Shown here in pieces: positions 33,966-53,293 of a stretch of DNA of 64,000 nt. Every line of letters starts with the position of its first letter. The stretch's first letter is position 1. Under the pieces are notes generated by a model that made no database searches, was not told the origin of the DNA, and saw only the letters and a program-made list of their open reading frames with translations. The stretch is taken from NCBI GenBank assembly GCA_963693365.1, contig CAVNZM010000002.1, positions 558,001 to 622,000 on the forward strand, in the 5' to 3' direction. The translations under genes were made by a program, and so were the position numbers. Source of the stretch: Amoebidium appalachense (Eukaryota; Protista; Ichthyosporea).

Positions 33966-34422
33966 CATGCCTGCGCCCACTCCCACATGTACTTCATACT
34001 GTATATACCGCATTGTATCTAAACCCCTCCCCCCCCTCCCCTCAACCCACACAGACTGGAGCCAGGAAGAGGAAACCACCCCACCTACCGATCCGGCCCT
34101 CCCACCCCTTACGCTTTCCTTCCGTGACACCTACGGCACATCAAGAAAACACTCCTTCCTTAACCCCGGCCTCAAACCAAAACGATTCAGACGCGCACCG
34201 GATGAAATTGATCGCAACTTTATTTGCACACACCCAGGGTGTGGCAAGGGGTATGGGAGTCAGGGCGCATTGGATTTGCACAAGAAAACGAAGCATGACG
34301 GATACAGGAGGGGGAAGGGAATACACAGGAAGAAGAACAAGTTGAAGCTGAAGATGAAGCGACTGAGGGATCTGCAAAGGGGGTTGCAAGATACTAACGA
34401 GAGCCCGGTGCTGGCATCGTGA
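25635..34422 (+). CDS. HCF1: Host cell factor (HCF-1-like): Kelch propeller + FN3 repeats + C-terminal C2H2 zinc finger, 16 exons
   Basis: GT-AG exons: 25635-25791, 26232-26368, 26807-26994, 27283-27390, 27937-28133, 28461-28637, 29147-29336, 29821-29917, 30342-30436, 30840-30946, 31181-31260, 31668-31751, 32117-32285, 32608-32723, 33051-33111, 34055-34422. HCF-1 hallmarks: [84 protein letters not shown]. Two 1-nt homopolymer shifts lie in exons 3 and 5. Confidence 0.88.
28650..28925 (+). repeat. Degenerate ~25-30-bp tandem repeat (core ARATATGGAA) in an HCF intron
   Basis: Recurrent AGATATGG/AAATATGGAA motif. Confidence 0.6.
33126..33322 (+). repeat. 42-bp minisatellite, ~4.5 copies
   Basis: Unit TGCACGTGCATGCACTCACACAYAARGGCAGACACACATGCA-like. 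Confidence 0.85.
33476..33763 (+). repeat. Perfect 36-bp minisatellite x8 (ATTTCCACCTTGCATGGTGTTGCCCCTTATGGACGT)
   Basis: 288 bp = 8 x 36, head-to-tail with no spacers, in the last HCF intron. Confidence 0.95.
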
Positions 34423-35415
34423 TTGGCCGGCGTAATTGTTATGAACTGATGTGAGTGTCAGGGTTTATGAAGAGTGGGAGGTGTTCTTTCTTTTTATAAG
34501 ATACATATATCGAATGAATAGGTTATAGAAGGCGGGCGGACGGGGTAGGGAGGGAGGGGAGGGGGTGGGGGGGGAGGGAGGGGAGGAATTGAGGTTATGG
34601 GAGATCAATGGACGAAACAACAATATGGTAGATCAATGGACGAAGCAACACTAATATAAGTGTGTAAGAATTGAGTATCTTCTTTGCGATTGCCTATCCG
34701 TAGATCCGTATCTGCACACCTTATTGTATGCACAGACGTGTTTGGCACGGGTACATAGCACCTAGAAGCTTCGATCACGTGCACCTTTACTCCGCAGCCC
34801 ATGAGTGGGTGTTTTGTTCTTTTTAATCTTTGCTGTTTTAACACGCGTACCACACGTGCTTTAAGAGTAATTTGGGTTGAATTCTATCTTAAAACTATGT
34901 TAATCCTTCTTAATCTGTCATCCGCACCATTATATGCCACTGGTTGCCAAATTATCAAATTAGTTAATGCGAATTTTTCTTCGCGCGCCAACAACATACT
35001 CCAATAAACCGTTCCACATGCATTTGTGCCACTGCTTTGCCCCCCCCCCCCCCCCCCCCCCCCCCTCCCCCCCTCCCGGGCCACCATCTTCTGCGTGCAA
35101 GTGCATGCCTGTAAACATTAAATATTTAAAATAGATGAGCTCGAGCATCTACACCAATAACAAGCCCTTAAACCACAATCTGTGCACAGCACACACACAT
35201 ACGTCAGAGAACACGCACACTAACCCATTGCAAACTCACATATGCAGCAGACTACCTATGGAGTTTCCATAACCCTATTTATAGCAAATCCGATTATAGT
35301 AATGCCTGGGCCCATTCCCTTATGAATTCTGGCATGTTGTGTGCAGTGTGTGAAGTGTGGTGCAAACTGTGCACGTGTTTGTGCAGGGTGCCGTGAAACT
35401 GAGCATCGCATGGGC

Positions 35416-41178
<5,763 letters not shown>

Positions 41179-42049
41179 GGTGGCTTAAAGGTAATCGTGT
41201 GCAGGTGTGTGTGTGCGCGTTCTTTTATTTATGTGTGTGTGTGTGTGTGTGTGAGGTGAAGCACGGTCAGGGGAGGGAACGAAGGATCGGAAGCGGTGGT
41301 GTTTGTTTCCGGGACGGGGGGGGAGGGGGGGGGGGGGGGGGGGGGGATGTGGAGGCCAAAAAAGAAAGACTGTAAAGAATACGGCTATATCAAAACACTA
41401 ATTAGCACTAATAGTGACCTAGGTTAGATGGCTGCGTGTCACCTGGGGAAACAAGCACTCAAACAGCTGAAGGGGGGAAAAAAACATCGCCGTTGAAGTA
41501 ACTGCTGAACCTTTCGTTGTTGCTGCTCTCGTCCTGGCTCCCTAGTTACGAAGGTTTGGGAGGATTAGGGACGAAACACCCTAGAAGTGCATATCTTATT
41601 TTACCTAACCATACTATTATTATATTATTTTATAACATCAGATTCTGATGAAAACATTAGAGTTTGATGAAAGGAACTAAATCCGCTCATACTTTCTGAT
41701 GTTTAAGTAAAATAAAATTAAAATGTATAATTATTTTTCTAGGATCAGAACTTGCTTCTGTTTGGGTTATTAGTTTTTCTTTGTCCAGTTCGTTGCTGTG
41801 AAAAAGAGGGGTCTACAGATACGCAGGTTTGGGTGTCCATAGATGTTACGTAATCGAGTTGTTGTGACGTCATAGTGGTGGTCACTTGAACAAAAGCGAA
41901 AAAAAAAATGTTCTTTCATCTTCACAACTTCCCTTCCTACTCAGTACACACTGCTGCTCCAAACAGTTTTTTTATGAGCATACCAGCATTAATTTTCTCT
42001 CCTGTGGGTGGAAAGATGGAGTGCTAGTGGTGTGCAGATTGTGTGTCTG

Positions 42050-43160
42050 GGGGGGGACATGCACGTGGGGGGCCCGTTGTGAGATGGGTAAAGTATGCCG
42101 TGCATGTACATGTGTGGCCAAGTATGTGCGCACACAGACACTGGACTGGCACAAGTATCCCGTGCCCTGCCCGTTCAGGTGTGGAGAGGTCTTCACAGTC
42201 AAGGTGTGTGTGACTGTGCACGTGCACGTGACGTGTGCGGTTGTGCCTCTGCATCCTTCATTTTATGGCCCTCCCGGCAACATGTACAAGTACAGGGTCT
42301 GCGCAGATGCAAATGTCATCGTGTATACCGGCTAAGTTTCAACCCACACTTTCATTGCTTTTCTTCGAGCCTCCTCTCAACTTCCGCAAATCACACAATC
42401 AGTTGATACCTACCAACTGTTTTAACCATCGATGACCTCACAAACCATGCACAGGATTGCATCACCCTTCTCCCCCGGGACGACACCGTGTGTCCGCATG
42501 TGCTGTTTGAGCGGCTGCAGCTTGCCTCAGGCCCCACCATCTACTGCCCCAGCCCAAGCTGCGGCGCACTCATCACCTACACTACTGGCCCCGCCTGAAG
42601 ACCTCACCCACACACAGGCACAACTGATTCTCCCACCAATCAGCGCATCCGGCAGGTGTTCTACTTCTAGATGACTCAGCATCAGATTATGCACGATCAT
42701 AGAATTAACCCATTTCCAACGGGCTTTCCTAACACCACTGACGGTGGTAAGCAGGTGTTGTGTGTGTCGTGCAGCACTGAGGTGTGTGGGCGGTGCCGTG
42801 TGGCCTGGCACCCAGGGGTTTAACACACCAATTGCAGTTAAACGTAAATCTTACTTCAATCAACTAAACATATGAGAATACTCGGGAATAAAGCACAGTA
42901 CCATTCTAAGAATAGTCTAGTGCCACAAATATAGACATGACATCATCTGAACCGGGGATATTAATTAATGAGCACAATTAGCACGTTGCTAGTGAAGCTC
43001 GTCACCGGTACAGTTTTGACTCAAACATATAACTACCATATATAAATATGACCGTAAACAAAAGCTCTATGCACTCGAGTGAGTGTTGAGACAATTATTC
43101 AATTGCTCAGAAACTTTCTCTAACAGACATTGCTAGCCGGGAGTACCAGTGTACTCCGAC

Positions 43161-43191
<31 letters not shown>

Positions 43192-43259
43192 AAAAAAAAA
43201 AGCCTAGAAATACTTAATAAATATTGAAATACCCCCATCTTCCCCTTCTCTCCCTTTCT

Positions 43260-43303
<44 letters not shown>

Positions 43304-43798
43304 AAAAAAAAAAAAAAAACCTAGAAATACTTAATAAATATTGAAATACCCCCTCTTCCCCTCCTCTCCCTTTCTTTTTTCATTTTCCACATCCTCCTCC
43401 ATCCTACCGTTCCTATTTTGAACACCCACCCACACCCACAGGTGGAAAAGACACCAAACACGTGCAACTTTGTGCACTGTGTGTGCGGCGGGGGTTTTTG
43501 TTTCGCCTGTGGGGAGGCCTATGTCGACCTGACCCCCACCAACCGCAACACCAATGGCACCCCAACGTATGCGTGTGGGCTCCACTCTCACCTGGGGGCT
43601 GGCTGGTTGGATGACTTCGATGGCGGAGAGAACACGCAGGCCGGGGAAGATTTCATGTTAGATCCCGAAGTTCAACTTGCGTGGGGGGGGGTGTTGTTGG
43701 GGCTGCGGTGCCGAATTTTTGGGCTAAAGGCGGTGTGTTTGGTGACCAGGACTTGGACCATGCGTTCAACTTTTTTTTATTCTCCGGGACGCTTTTGA
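42050..43798 (+). pseudogene. RBR (RING-between-RING) E3 ligase-like gene or remnant
   Basis: C..CVAKYV..YPVPCPFRCG (RING1-like) at ~42100-42190 and VEKTPNTCNFVHCVCGGGFCFACG (Rcat/RING2-like) from 43442. The exon chain was not resolved. Confidence 0.5.
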
Positions 43799-44847
43799 AT
43801 TGATAGATCTTGCGTTTCCTGTAGGTCAGAACTTCTTTGAGAGGGGCAGCAATGGGCAAAGAGGGGAGGGGGGGAGGAGCTCGAGAAACGGTGGGAGAGG
43901 TGTGAACCGACGGGAGACGGCGGAGGAAAGGAGTAGAAGAAAAAAGAAGGAGAGGAGGGAAAGAAACAGGGCACGTGACGTGGAACAGAGGGCTATAAAC
44001 AGAGCAAGGGGGGCACAGAACTGGGCGATGAGGGGTGGGCGATAAAAAAAAGTATTTGTTTGGGTGGGCATGTGTTCTTGTATGTATAGTCATAATCTTG
44101 CTATGGGGCCTATAGCAAGGGTGGAGGTGTGTATGGGAAGAGGTGCTTAACAGTTTAAGAGTGTGTGAGCTTTGTGTTCAGAGAGCGGTTGGGTATGGCA
44201 GAAAGTGTATAGTTTAGTTGGTGTCGAACGTGTGAATAGCATAAGCAGCCATGTGTGTGTATATAACTTAGCAACTTCATGTCAATGCATTGTCGTGTTG
44301 CACAATCCTCGGCTCTGGGCTCACTTTAGCAGCTAAAGGGAACTGGAAGGGTATTATAAAGGGACATTGCTTTTGTCCATGTTTTAGGTGAGCAAAAATC
44401 TACAGTATACTTCAATGGCAAATGCGCACACGCACACGCACACGCACGCGCACACGCACACGCACACGCACACACACTCGATGTGTTCACACCGTGACAC
44501 CGACTGAAACAAAACTGACTGTAACACGAGTAGGTCGATGGGCAAAGCAAGCGTATGACTTTTGTAGTTGTAACATGTATTTTAAAACTATAAAACCATA
44601 CCCAGACACTGATTCGTCATTTATACTGTATGCAGCTTATGCAATATACCAGCTGTGCCGGGAATTCTTGGACCATGGGCCCAGACGAAGTACCATAGAG
44701 AGTGTAGAGAGTGCGAGGCCGGAGAAAATAAAACTGAGAAAGCGAGAAGGGGGGAAAAAAAACATTGAACTCTGTAGAGCGAAAAGATCTTCCATAAGTG
44801 CGCACCTGTTTGCACTAGCGCTACCTTCGCTTTCAGTCACTTTAAAA

Positions 44848-46850
44848 ATGAATTCAAATCAAGCGTCTAGCCAACAGCCACAACAGGCGGGCACAAGCAC
44901 ACAGGCACTCAAAATACACCCTCTATACGCCCCTTTTGCTCTTTATTATTCACACAGAAATGCAGGCACACGCACACAACTCAACTTTCAGGAAAAGCTC
45001 ACCAAGATTGCTGTCTTCAGAACGGTAGGTATACCATGTTTTCTGACCTTCTGGATCGGGTTGGTTGCTGGCCCCATTAGGCTGGCCGTGGTTTACTGGT
45101 GATTGTGTGTGTCAAGGTGGTTTCTGGCCTGTGTTCAGCATCATCGTTATGCACTTCGAAGTCTAGCTCAACTCTGTACCCGCACATACACACAAACACA
45201 CACGCATTCTCTCTCTTTGGTTCTCTCTCGCTGCCCCCCCCCCCCTCCCCCCCTTTCTCCCTCTCCCGCTCTCTCTCTCCCTCACTCCCTCCCCCCAACC
45301 CCCTCCCCTCCCCTCCCTTCCCTCGAACTCTCTCATCCCCCCCTCTCACCCCCACTTTTTCTCTCTCCCCCTAACTTTTCTTGCCTTCTCTCTAGCACAC
45401 GCGCACACTCTCTCCATCTTTCCCACCCGCATATTCTCCCCCCCCCCCCCCCCCCCCCTCTCCCCCCCCCCCCCCCCCCACACACACCCACACACCATAC
45501 CCATCCCTCTCGTGTCCCCGCTGTTGCGATTCCTGCTTCCTCCCTCTCTTCCATTTTTTAGTTCTCCCTCTATCCTCTCACTCAATGCTTCACAGCCCCA
45601 CGGTAAACTCGAGGGAGGTGGTTCGTGGCATTCAAACACTCACCTCTCCTTGCGCCCTTTGAACCCTCTGGTTGTGCTTGTCCTTTCTCCCCCTCCTCCT
45701 CCTCCCAACCTCCTCCCCAATTCGGTGCCCCATTTCCTAATACCCCTCCTCCCCCCTGCTCCCATGCAAACCCTTGGAGCGCGTGCACACACGCAAACAC
45801 ACAACACACCCTTCACTCTTATGTTCGTCCGCAAACAAACACCATGTGCTGTTTTCCCTTTCACAAGCGTTAACTTTTATCTTGCACAGTGCCTTTCTTG
45901 ACATCTTCTCTTTATTCTCTCTCAACGTTGATTCCTGTGCAACAGGACTGCTCCTTGCACACAACCCCCCCCCCTCCCCCTCCCCCTCCCGCCCCCCCCC
46001 GGGCACCCTCTTTCCCCCCGCCCTTTATGATCCCCTCTTCCCTTCCCTTCCTTCTTCACGTCATTATGGTGCTGTTTCGACTGCGACTTCCCCCCCCTTT
46101 TTTTGTTGTTTTGCTGTTCCTGTTGGAACCACCCCCTCCCCTCCCCTCCCCCTCACCCCAACCCATTTAAAGCCCCCCTCCCCCCGCCCCCCTTCACCCC
46201 TCCCCCTCTCAACCTCCAGTCCCTTCCTGCTCTATGCTGTATACTCGGGGTGCTTTAGTCTGTATGGTGCTTATAAACTGCACCATGTTTTGCCGTGTGT
46301 TTATCTGTGTTCCGTAACATGTGCCGTTTTCTGAACTTCCCTCAACCCCTGCCCCCCAACCCCCCCCCCCCCCCCCCCCCCCAGGAGACCGCTTTACTTC
46401 CATGCAACCGGGCATGGTTGCTCTGTGTCGTGCATCTTTAAGCACATACGCATTTATCGCTGCACTGCTTTAGTTTGCACACACATCTTCACCGTTTTGC
46501 TCACCTTGCTTGCATAAGCAACCCTGCTCGTCTTTGATCAAGACGGGTTCCCCCGCCCAAGTTCAGTTGATGCTGCTGTCTGAGTTGGAGCGTCGTATAT
46601 ACGTGGGCTAAGGGGTCGAAACTCGGGACGCAATTGATGACTTGGGTCCTCCCTAGGATGGGCTCTGCTTATGAAGCATACTGTGCACATGGCTGATGTT
46701 GCATACTTGAATGTTTGCCTTTGCATGTGTCCTGCACCATGCTTCTCGTCGTGTATGCGTACTTCGTACCGTGTTCCGCATTCAAACCCCCCCCCCCCCC
46801 TCCCCCCTCCCCTCCCCCCATGCTCCTCTAACCTACCCAAAGCCCATAGA

Positions 46851-46898
<48 letters not shown>

Positions 46899-47063
46899 AA
46901 CCTCTCCCTGTTGCTTACCTCTAGTAACTTTCATCCTCTCAAACCCCCCTTCTATCTTCTCTGTACCACCTCTCTCGATATGCTGTGTGTTTTTGGCTTT
47001 GGTGTTTTTTTTTTTTTTTTTTTTTTTTTTTTGGGGGGGGGGGGGGAGGGGCGGGGGGGAGTA

Positions 47064-47096
<33 letters not shown>

Positions 47097-47714
47097 GGGG
47101 GGCGGGGAGGGGGGGAGGGGGCAGATAGCTCATTGCCGATGTGGGTTTCTTTGTCATTACTATTTGGTTCTTGTTTTTGGTTGGGTGGATGCCTGGCCGT
47201 GAAATGCAGCCTAAACCCTCTTCGTCAACCCCCCCCCCCCCCCCCTTTTTTTTTTGCCGGGGGGAGAGGGGGGGGGGGGAGGGGGGGGGGAGGATTAGAT
47301 AACGAGGTCAGAACACAATGGATTATTTCTCTTCTCTTGCCACTTACCACTTCTCCCTCGACTGTGCGGATCTTTTCTTTTGTGTTCTTTGGTGAAGCGG
47401 TTTCGGTACTCTAGCTATCTTTGAGCGTCTGTAACATATCCAGACACCATATGCTGACCGCCTTTAACCTATTTAGGTCGAGGACTTTTGGGCACACTAT
47501 AAGCACCTGCGGCGGCCGGATGAGCTTAAAGGAATCAGCGACTACCACCTATTTAAGGAGGGCATCGAGCCCCTGTGGGAGGTACTGAGCCCATATCTGG
47601 CATATCAGCGCACACATGCACATACATGCACACGGGTGTAAGTGAACAGAGGCAGAGACACGAATGTGCACACATTACACACAATAACAAAAATAAAGAG
47701 TGGATCCACACGCG

Positions 47715-47745
<31 letters not shown>

Positions 47746-48009
47746 AAGACTGCACCATTCGTCATCTCATCTTCCCTGCCTGCGTGTTGCTCTTGTGGTG
47801 CGTGTGTGAGGTTGGGAAGGGGAAAGGGGCTGCAGCGCTGGGGTGACAAGAGGGGGGTGGGGAGGGGAAGGGGGAGGGGGAGGTAGCAATCAAATTTCGT
47901 TACAGGATGGGAGGGGGAGGGGGCTACGGGGGGGGGGGGGGGGGGGGGGGAGGGGGGGTAGGGGGGGGGGGGGGGGGGGGGGGCTGGGATAGAGAAAGAG
48001 TATGTGTGT

Positions 48010-48056
<47 letters not shown>

Positions 48057-48318
48057 GTTTGGGTGTGTGTGTGTCTGTGACGGATGGAAAAAGAAAAGAT
48101 TTTTGTGGAGATGAGATCGAAAAGAGGAGGTCTGTGTGTGGGGGGGGGTGGCAGGGATAGTGAATCTGACGGGTTTGCTGGCAGGACGAGGCCAACCGGT
48201 TTGGGGGCAAATGGATTGTGCGGTTGAGAAAGGGCCTGGCTAGCCGTTACTGGGAGGACCTGGTATGTATGTGTGTGGGTGGGTGGGTGGGTGTGTGTGC
48301 GTGCCTGCGTGCGTGTGG

Positions 48319-48368
<50 letters not shown>

Positions 48369-48788
48369 ATGGTAGTGTGTGTGTGTGTGTGTGTGTGCGT
48401 GCGTGCGTGTGTGCGGGTGTGTGCCTGCGCATGCGCATGCGTGTGTATGTGGGTGTGGGTGTGGGTACGTACGTGTGTGTGTGTGTGCCTGTGCGTCCAT
48501 GTCTAGTTGTGTGCTTGTGCGCCCTTTTTTTTTTTTTTTTGTTGTTGTTGTTGTTTTGGCTGTCCACTGTCCCCCCCCCCCCCCCCCCCCCATTCCCCTC
48601 GGCTTTCCACATCCAACACATTGGTGTATTTATGTTGGAGGAGGAGGGGGAAGGGGGGGGGGGGGGGGGGGGGGGGGGAAGAGGGAGGAGGGGAGGGGGG
48701 GCATGTATGAAAGTGTGTGTTTCCGGAGGGGAGAAGGGGGCGAGGGGGTTGACTGTGTCCAGGTTGGCTCTGTGTATTGTTGCATTAT

Positions 48789-48828
<40 letters not shown>

Positions 48829-49805
48829 TCCCTCCCTCCCCCTCCCCTCCCCTCTCTTTTCCTCGTCCCAGATGATAGCAGTGCCAGGCAACCAGTTTGG
48901 CTGTGTCTGACTGTGCACACACGTCTGACTGTGTGCATGCCTTGTCTGTGACTGTGTGCATGTGGGACTGTGTGCATGTCTGACTGTGTGCATGTCTGAC
49001 TGTGCGCATGTCTGACTGTGTGCACGTCTGACTGTGTGCATGTCTGACTGTGTGCATATGGTACTGGGTGCATGTACTCATTGATGTGTGCCCCTTTCCA
49101 GGTGCTAGCGGTGCTAGGCAACCAGTTTGATGTTGGTGACGAGGTGTGTGGGGCCGTGATCTCTGTGCGCTACAACGAAGACATCATCAGCCTGTGGAAT
49201 AGGTCTGCAGACAACAGGGTGGCATTGCTCAAGATCAAGTACGTGTGTGGGGGGGTGGGTGGGGGGGAGAGGCGAGGGGGCTGGGATGAAGACGGGAGGG
49301 CGGGGGGGGGGGGGGGGGGGGGGGGGGGGGAGGTACCCACATACACACATCTACTCTTACATACACACAGAGGACCCACATACACACATCTACTCTTACA
49401 TACACACAGAGGACCCACATACACACATCTACTCTTACATACACACAGAGGACCCACATACACACATCTACTCTTACATACACACAGAGGACCCACATAC
49501 ACACATCTACTCTTACATACACACAGAGGACCCACATACGAGTAGATGTGTAGATGTGTGTATGGGTCCTCTGTGTGTATGTAAGAGTAGATGTGTGTAT
49601 GTGGGTCCTCTGTGTGTATGGAAGAGTAGATGTGTGTATGTGGGTCCTCTGCGTGTACCCAAACACACACTGTGCACATGCACTTGGCACCCACAGTCAC
49701 GTGTGGCCACGGGCACCTCCAACTGTTACATACATGCAAGTGAACACACAGGTTTGTGCATGTCGCGCGCGCGTGTGTGTGTACACGCCCCCGTCTCTCT
49801 CTCTT

Positions 49806-49842
<37 letters not shown>

Positions 49843-49995
49843 CCTCTCTCCCTCTGTTTGTGTCTGTGTGCGTATGCGTGTGTGTGTGCTTGCTTGCGTG
49901 CATCCTTGTTTTTTTTGGGGGGCTCACCGGACAGCAAATGCGTACACTATGTACGTGCACACACCTTTTACGATAAATGCGGCACGTGTGCTGAC

Positions 49996-50065
<70 letters not shown>

Positions 50066-50185
50066 CACAGAGACACAATCAAGCGGGTATTACAGCTGCC
50101 AGCCACGGTCACGATGGAATACAAAGGCCACGATGCAAGTCTCAGAGACAACTCTAGCTTCCGCAACACAGACGTTTTTAGGTAA
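44848..50185 (+). CDS. EIF4E2: Class II eIF4E (4EHP/nCBP-like cap-binding protein), 5 exons
   Basis: Exons 44848-45024, 47477-47581, 48185-48262, 49102-49238, 50071-50185. They give HPL..TVEDFW..FKEGIEPLWEDEAN.FGGKW.RLRKGLASRYWEDL..GAVISVR..SLWNR..EYKGHD. The W43 and W56 positions are Y and F (class II signature). Confidence 0.93.
48905..49058 (+). repeat. 16-bp tandem repeat (TCTGACTGTGTGCATG-like) in eIF4E intron 3
   Basis: Read directly from the sequence. Confidence 0.8.
49336..49651. repeat. 39-bp tandem array (x5) followed by ~3 inverted copies (fold-back) in eIF4E intron 4
   Basis: CCCACATACACACATCTACTCTTACATACACACAGAGGA repeats to 49539, then its reverse complement runs from 49540. 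Confidence 0.9.
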
Positions 50186-50634
50186 ATTTAAAAATCGAAG
50201 TGGCCAATCACATATGTGCTTTAAAGCAATGGGGGTACGCGACTGGGTCTAGGTCATGAATTTGTATGACTGTGGTCAGTCTTACTATCCCGCTGTGTTT
50301 AAGCGCGAGTGTATGTTGGTTTGCGTAAAAAAATGCTTTGGAGATAGGCCGATGTGGCACGTATGTACCTGCAAGTTCAGTCGATAGACTAGAATAGTGT
50401 GCGCGTGTTTAGGATCGAAACAGGTGCAGGCACATGAGTTCACACACGAGCACATACACACACACACACACGTACACACAGACACTGTTGCCCATGTTTG
50501 GCGTGCAGTGCATATGAAAGTCTGCTGGCAGACAAACTTAAAGGATGGCCCCAGGCCAATCATCAAACCGCCCCAATCCCCACCTCACATCAACCTGAAC
50601 ATGGCAGCTGTGCAACCAACATGCAGTTGCATTG

Positions 50635-50727
<93 letters not shown>

Positions 50728-50847
50728 TTCACAGTGATTGCCGTAGACATGCATGCATTTCTGTGATGGGCTTGTGTATCTTCTGCCGGCCTTTCATTGT
50801 GCAATAGCCCGGTTGGAATTGATGCCCCCTATAACTGAGCTCCTCCA

Positions 50848-50884
<37 letters not shown>

Positions 50885-51647
50885 CACACACACACACATG
50901 TGTACACACATTACCACCACCACCACCTTCACCACACACACACACACAACCACCCACCCACCCTTCCGGCTCCCGCCAGCACCGTCCACTGTGCCCGTAT
51001 TCATACGGTCAGTTTCAGGCACGAACACACGTGCACACAGCCACCGGGCCTTGCAACTTCCACAACTTGAAAGCACCACCGGCCATCATCGATTCCACAG
51101 CTGCTGCTCGAAGCTTCTGATATTTTACTGTCGGAAAGCGCTGCTATGTATATACATCACATAGACCGTGTGTGGTACTAACGTATACGCGTATGATATA
51201 TAACGGGCACGTGTGTTGTATATACATGGTCCGTACGCATGCACGTGGAGTCTCGCGTTAGTGCTGTGCACAGCACGGCCCTCTGAAACACTGTTCATAT
51301 TTGGCATGTCCGTCTGGCGGTTATATATCCCAATACTTGGTTCAAAACATGCCGCAATATATACACCTCCTTTTATTTTACATTCGTACAACGTTGAAAA
51401 ACCGGATGCCAAAAACCGAAACACTTCATTGCATTTTTCATATTTTTAACACACCGCCAGTTCAATCAACACACCATTCATTCCTTGGCAATCTAACTAG
51501 GATCAGTACATGTCTCTACACTTTAACTGTTCAAGTTGTACAATGTTCCCGCGTCAACATACATGCCATGCACATACGCCTACTATCTAACCCAATCTCC
51601 ACTGACCCACCTTTCTCCATTATGTACCCTTATCCCCCCCTCCCCCA

Positions 51648-51691
<44 letters not shown>

Positions 51692-51834
51692 TGCATACAT
51701 TCAATCCCCGCACACCCACCCTTTTCCATTCCCTAGCCGTGTCTCATGCATACATTCACATTTTTTCGTATTTGCACCTCGCCACACACACTTACCATCC
51801 AAGCTTCCAACCCTACCCACCCACCCACTATACT

Positions 51835-52692
51835 TTATTTCCCTTGCTGTGACATTTTGTATTTCTCCTGCAACAATCGCATAAACCTGCTCGTGTCTTC
51901 ATCTATAATCTTATCCTTTTTTGGGTTCCCTAATTTACGCTTGCACTCCGGGCAGCAGATCGGCACCGGCTTGCCGTGCAGAGCCAATGAGGATTCACTG
52001 AACCTGGGGGGGAGAAAAGGTGCATACGCGTTAACGATCACGATTATGCCATTTGTGCGATTTTCATGAGTGAATTTGTGAAGGTGCCCATCGATAACCT
52101 ATATGACACCGGAAGCATTTAGCGGGCGGAAAATGCAACTTAAAATGTCCGTGGAGAGCACATTGCTGTCTCGACACCCGGAATGGGGGGGGGGGGGGGG
52201 GGGGGGGTTGAATGCGTCAAAAAGTACGAAGTACACAAGAACAAACGGATAACACGATGCAGAATGCAAGCCATACATAAAGAGTATGCATAATAAGCAG
52301 AGCCCATCCTCAGGGGGGCCCACGTCATCCACAGTGGGGGGGGGGGGGGGGGACGGTATGAAGTACAAATTCATAGCGGAATATATCGTGCAGATACACA
52401 CAGACACGAACACAAGAAGTGGGGATACTGGTAACTAGAACATATCCCCCCACGCAGCCGGGGGGGGGGGGGGGGAGGGGGGTTGCTTCTGCAACACACT
52501 GTCAGGCAATCTCCCTTTGTCCGGTTGTGCGTTTTGAATTATTCTTTCCAACGGGAGGAAACGATTTCACCATCACCCCAGTTGTGATAATAGCCGTGAC
52601 CACACACATTAATTAAATGATCAATAGCCCTCTCAACACTCCATCCCCCCCCCCCCCCCCCCCCCCCCCACACACACACACCTGCACATGCA

Positions 52693-52746
<54 letters not shown>

Positions 52747-53059
52747 CATACACATGCCTAAAGAGGGGGGGGGGGGGACACCTACCGTCCAGAAAAGAGA
52801 CTGTCGTAGCAATCCTCACACAGCCGGTGCCCACAGACCTAGCAACAGCCAATCAGAAAAGAGATCATCTCGATAGCCAATCAGAAACAGCACAGCCTAC
52901 CAATCGCCAATCATAAACAGCACACATTACCAATAGCCAATTAGAACCGCAAGGGTGAGTGTACGTGGTCAAAATCCAAGTGTCTAAACCCCCCCCCACC
53001 CCTGTCCCTCCCCAACACACACAAACGTAAACACACACACACCAACATACACAACACAA

Positions 53060-53093
<34 letters not shown>

Positions 53094-53248
53094 CTCTTAC
53101 ACCAAAAAAATCCCGACCACTCACGCACGTTGCTTGACCCTCTGCCTATATATTTTCCCATGAGATCTCGGTGGGTCTTAAAGCCTTTCTACATTGGTGC
53201 CCTTTGCGCCACCACATGCACAGGCACACTCTTGTAACGTGCACTGGC

Positions 53249-53293
<45 letters not shown>

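Noticed and set aside
16381-34422. Functional THAP-HCF module (THAP proteins bind HCF-1)
   Set aside because: The THAP ORF is a broken transposon gene with no [D/E]HxY HCF-binding motif, so the proximity is probably coincidental.
43160-43380. Duplicated C-run/A-run/CCTAGAAATACTTAATAAATATTGAAATACCCCC block as a regulatory element
   Set aside because: It is a simple local tandem duplication in low-complexity intronic DNA and may be an assembly artefact.
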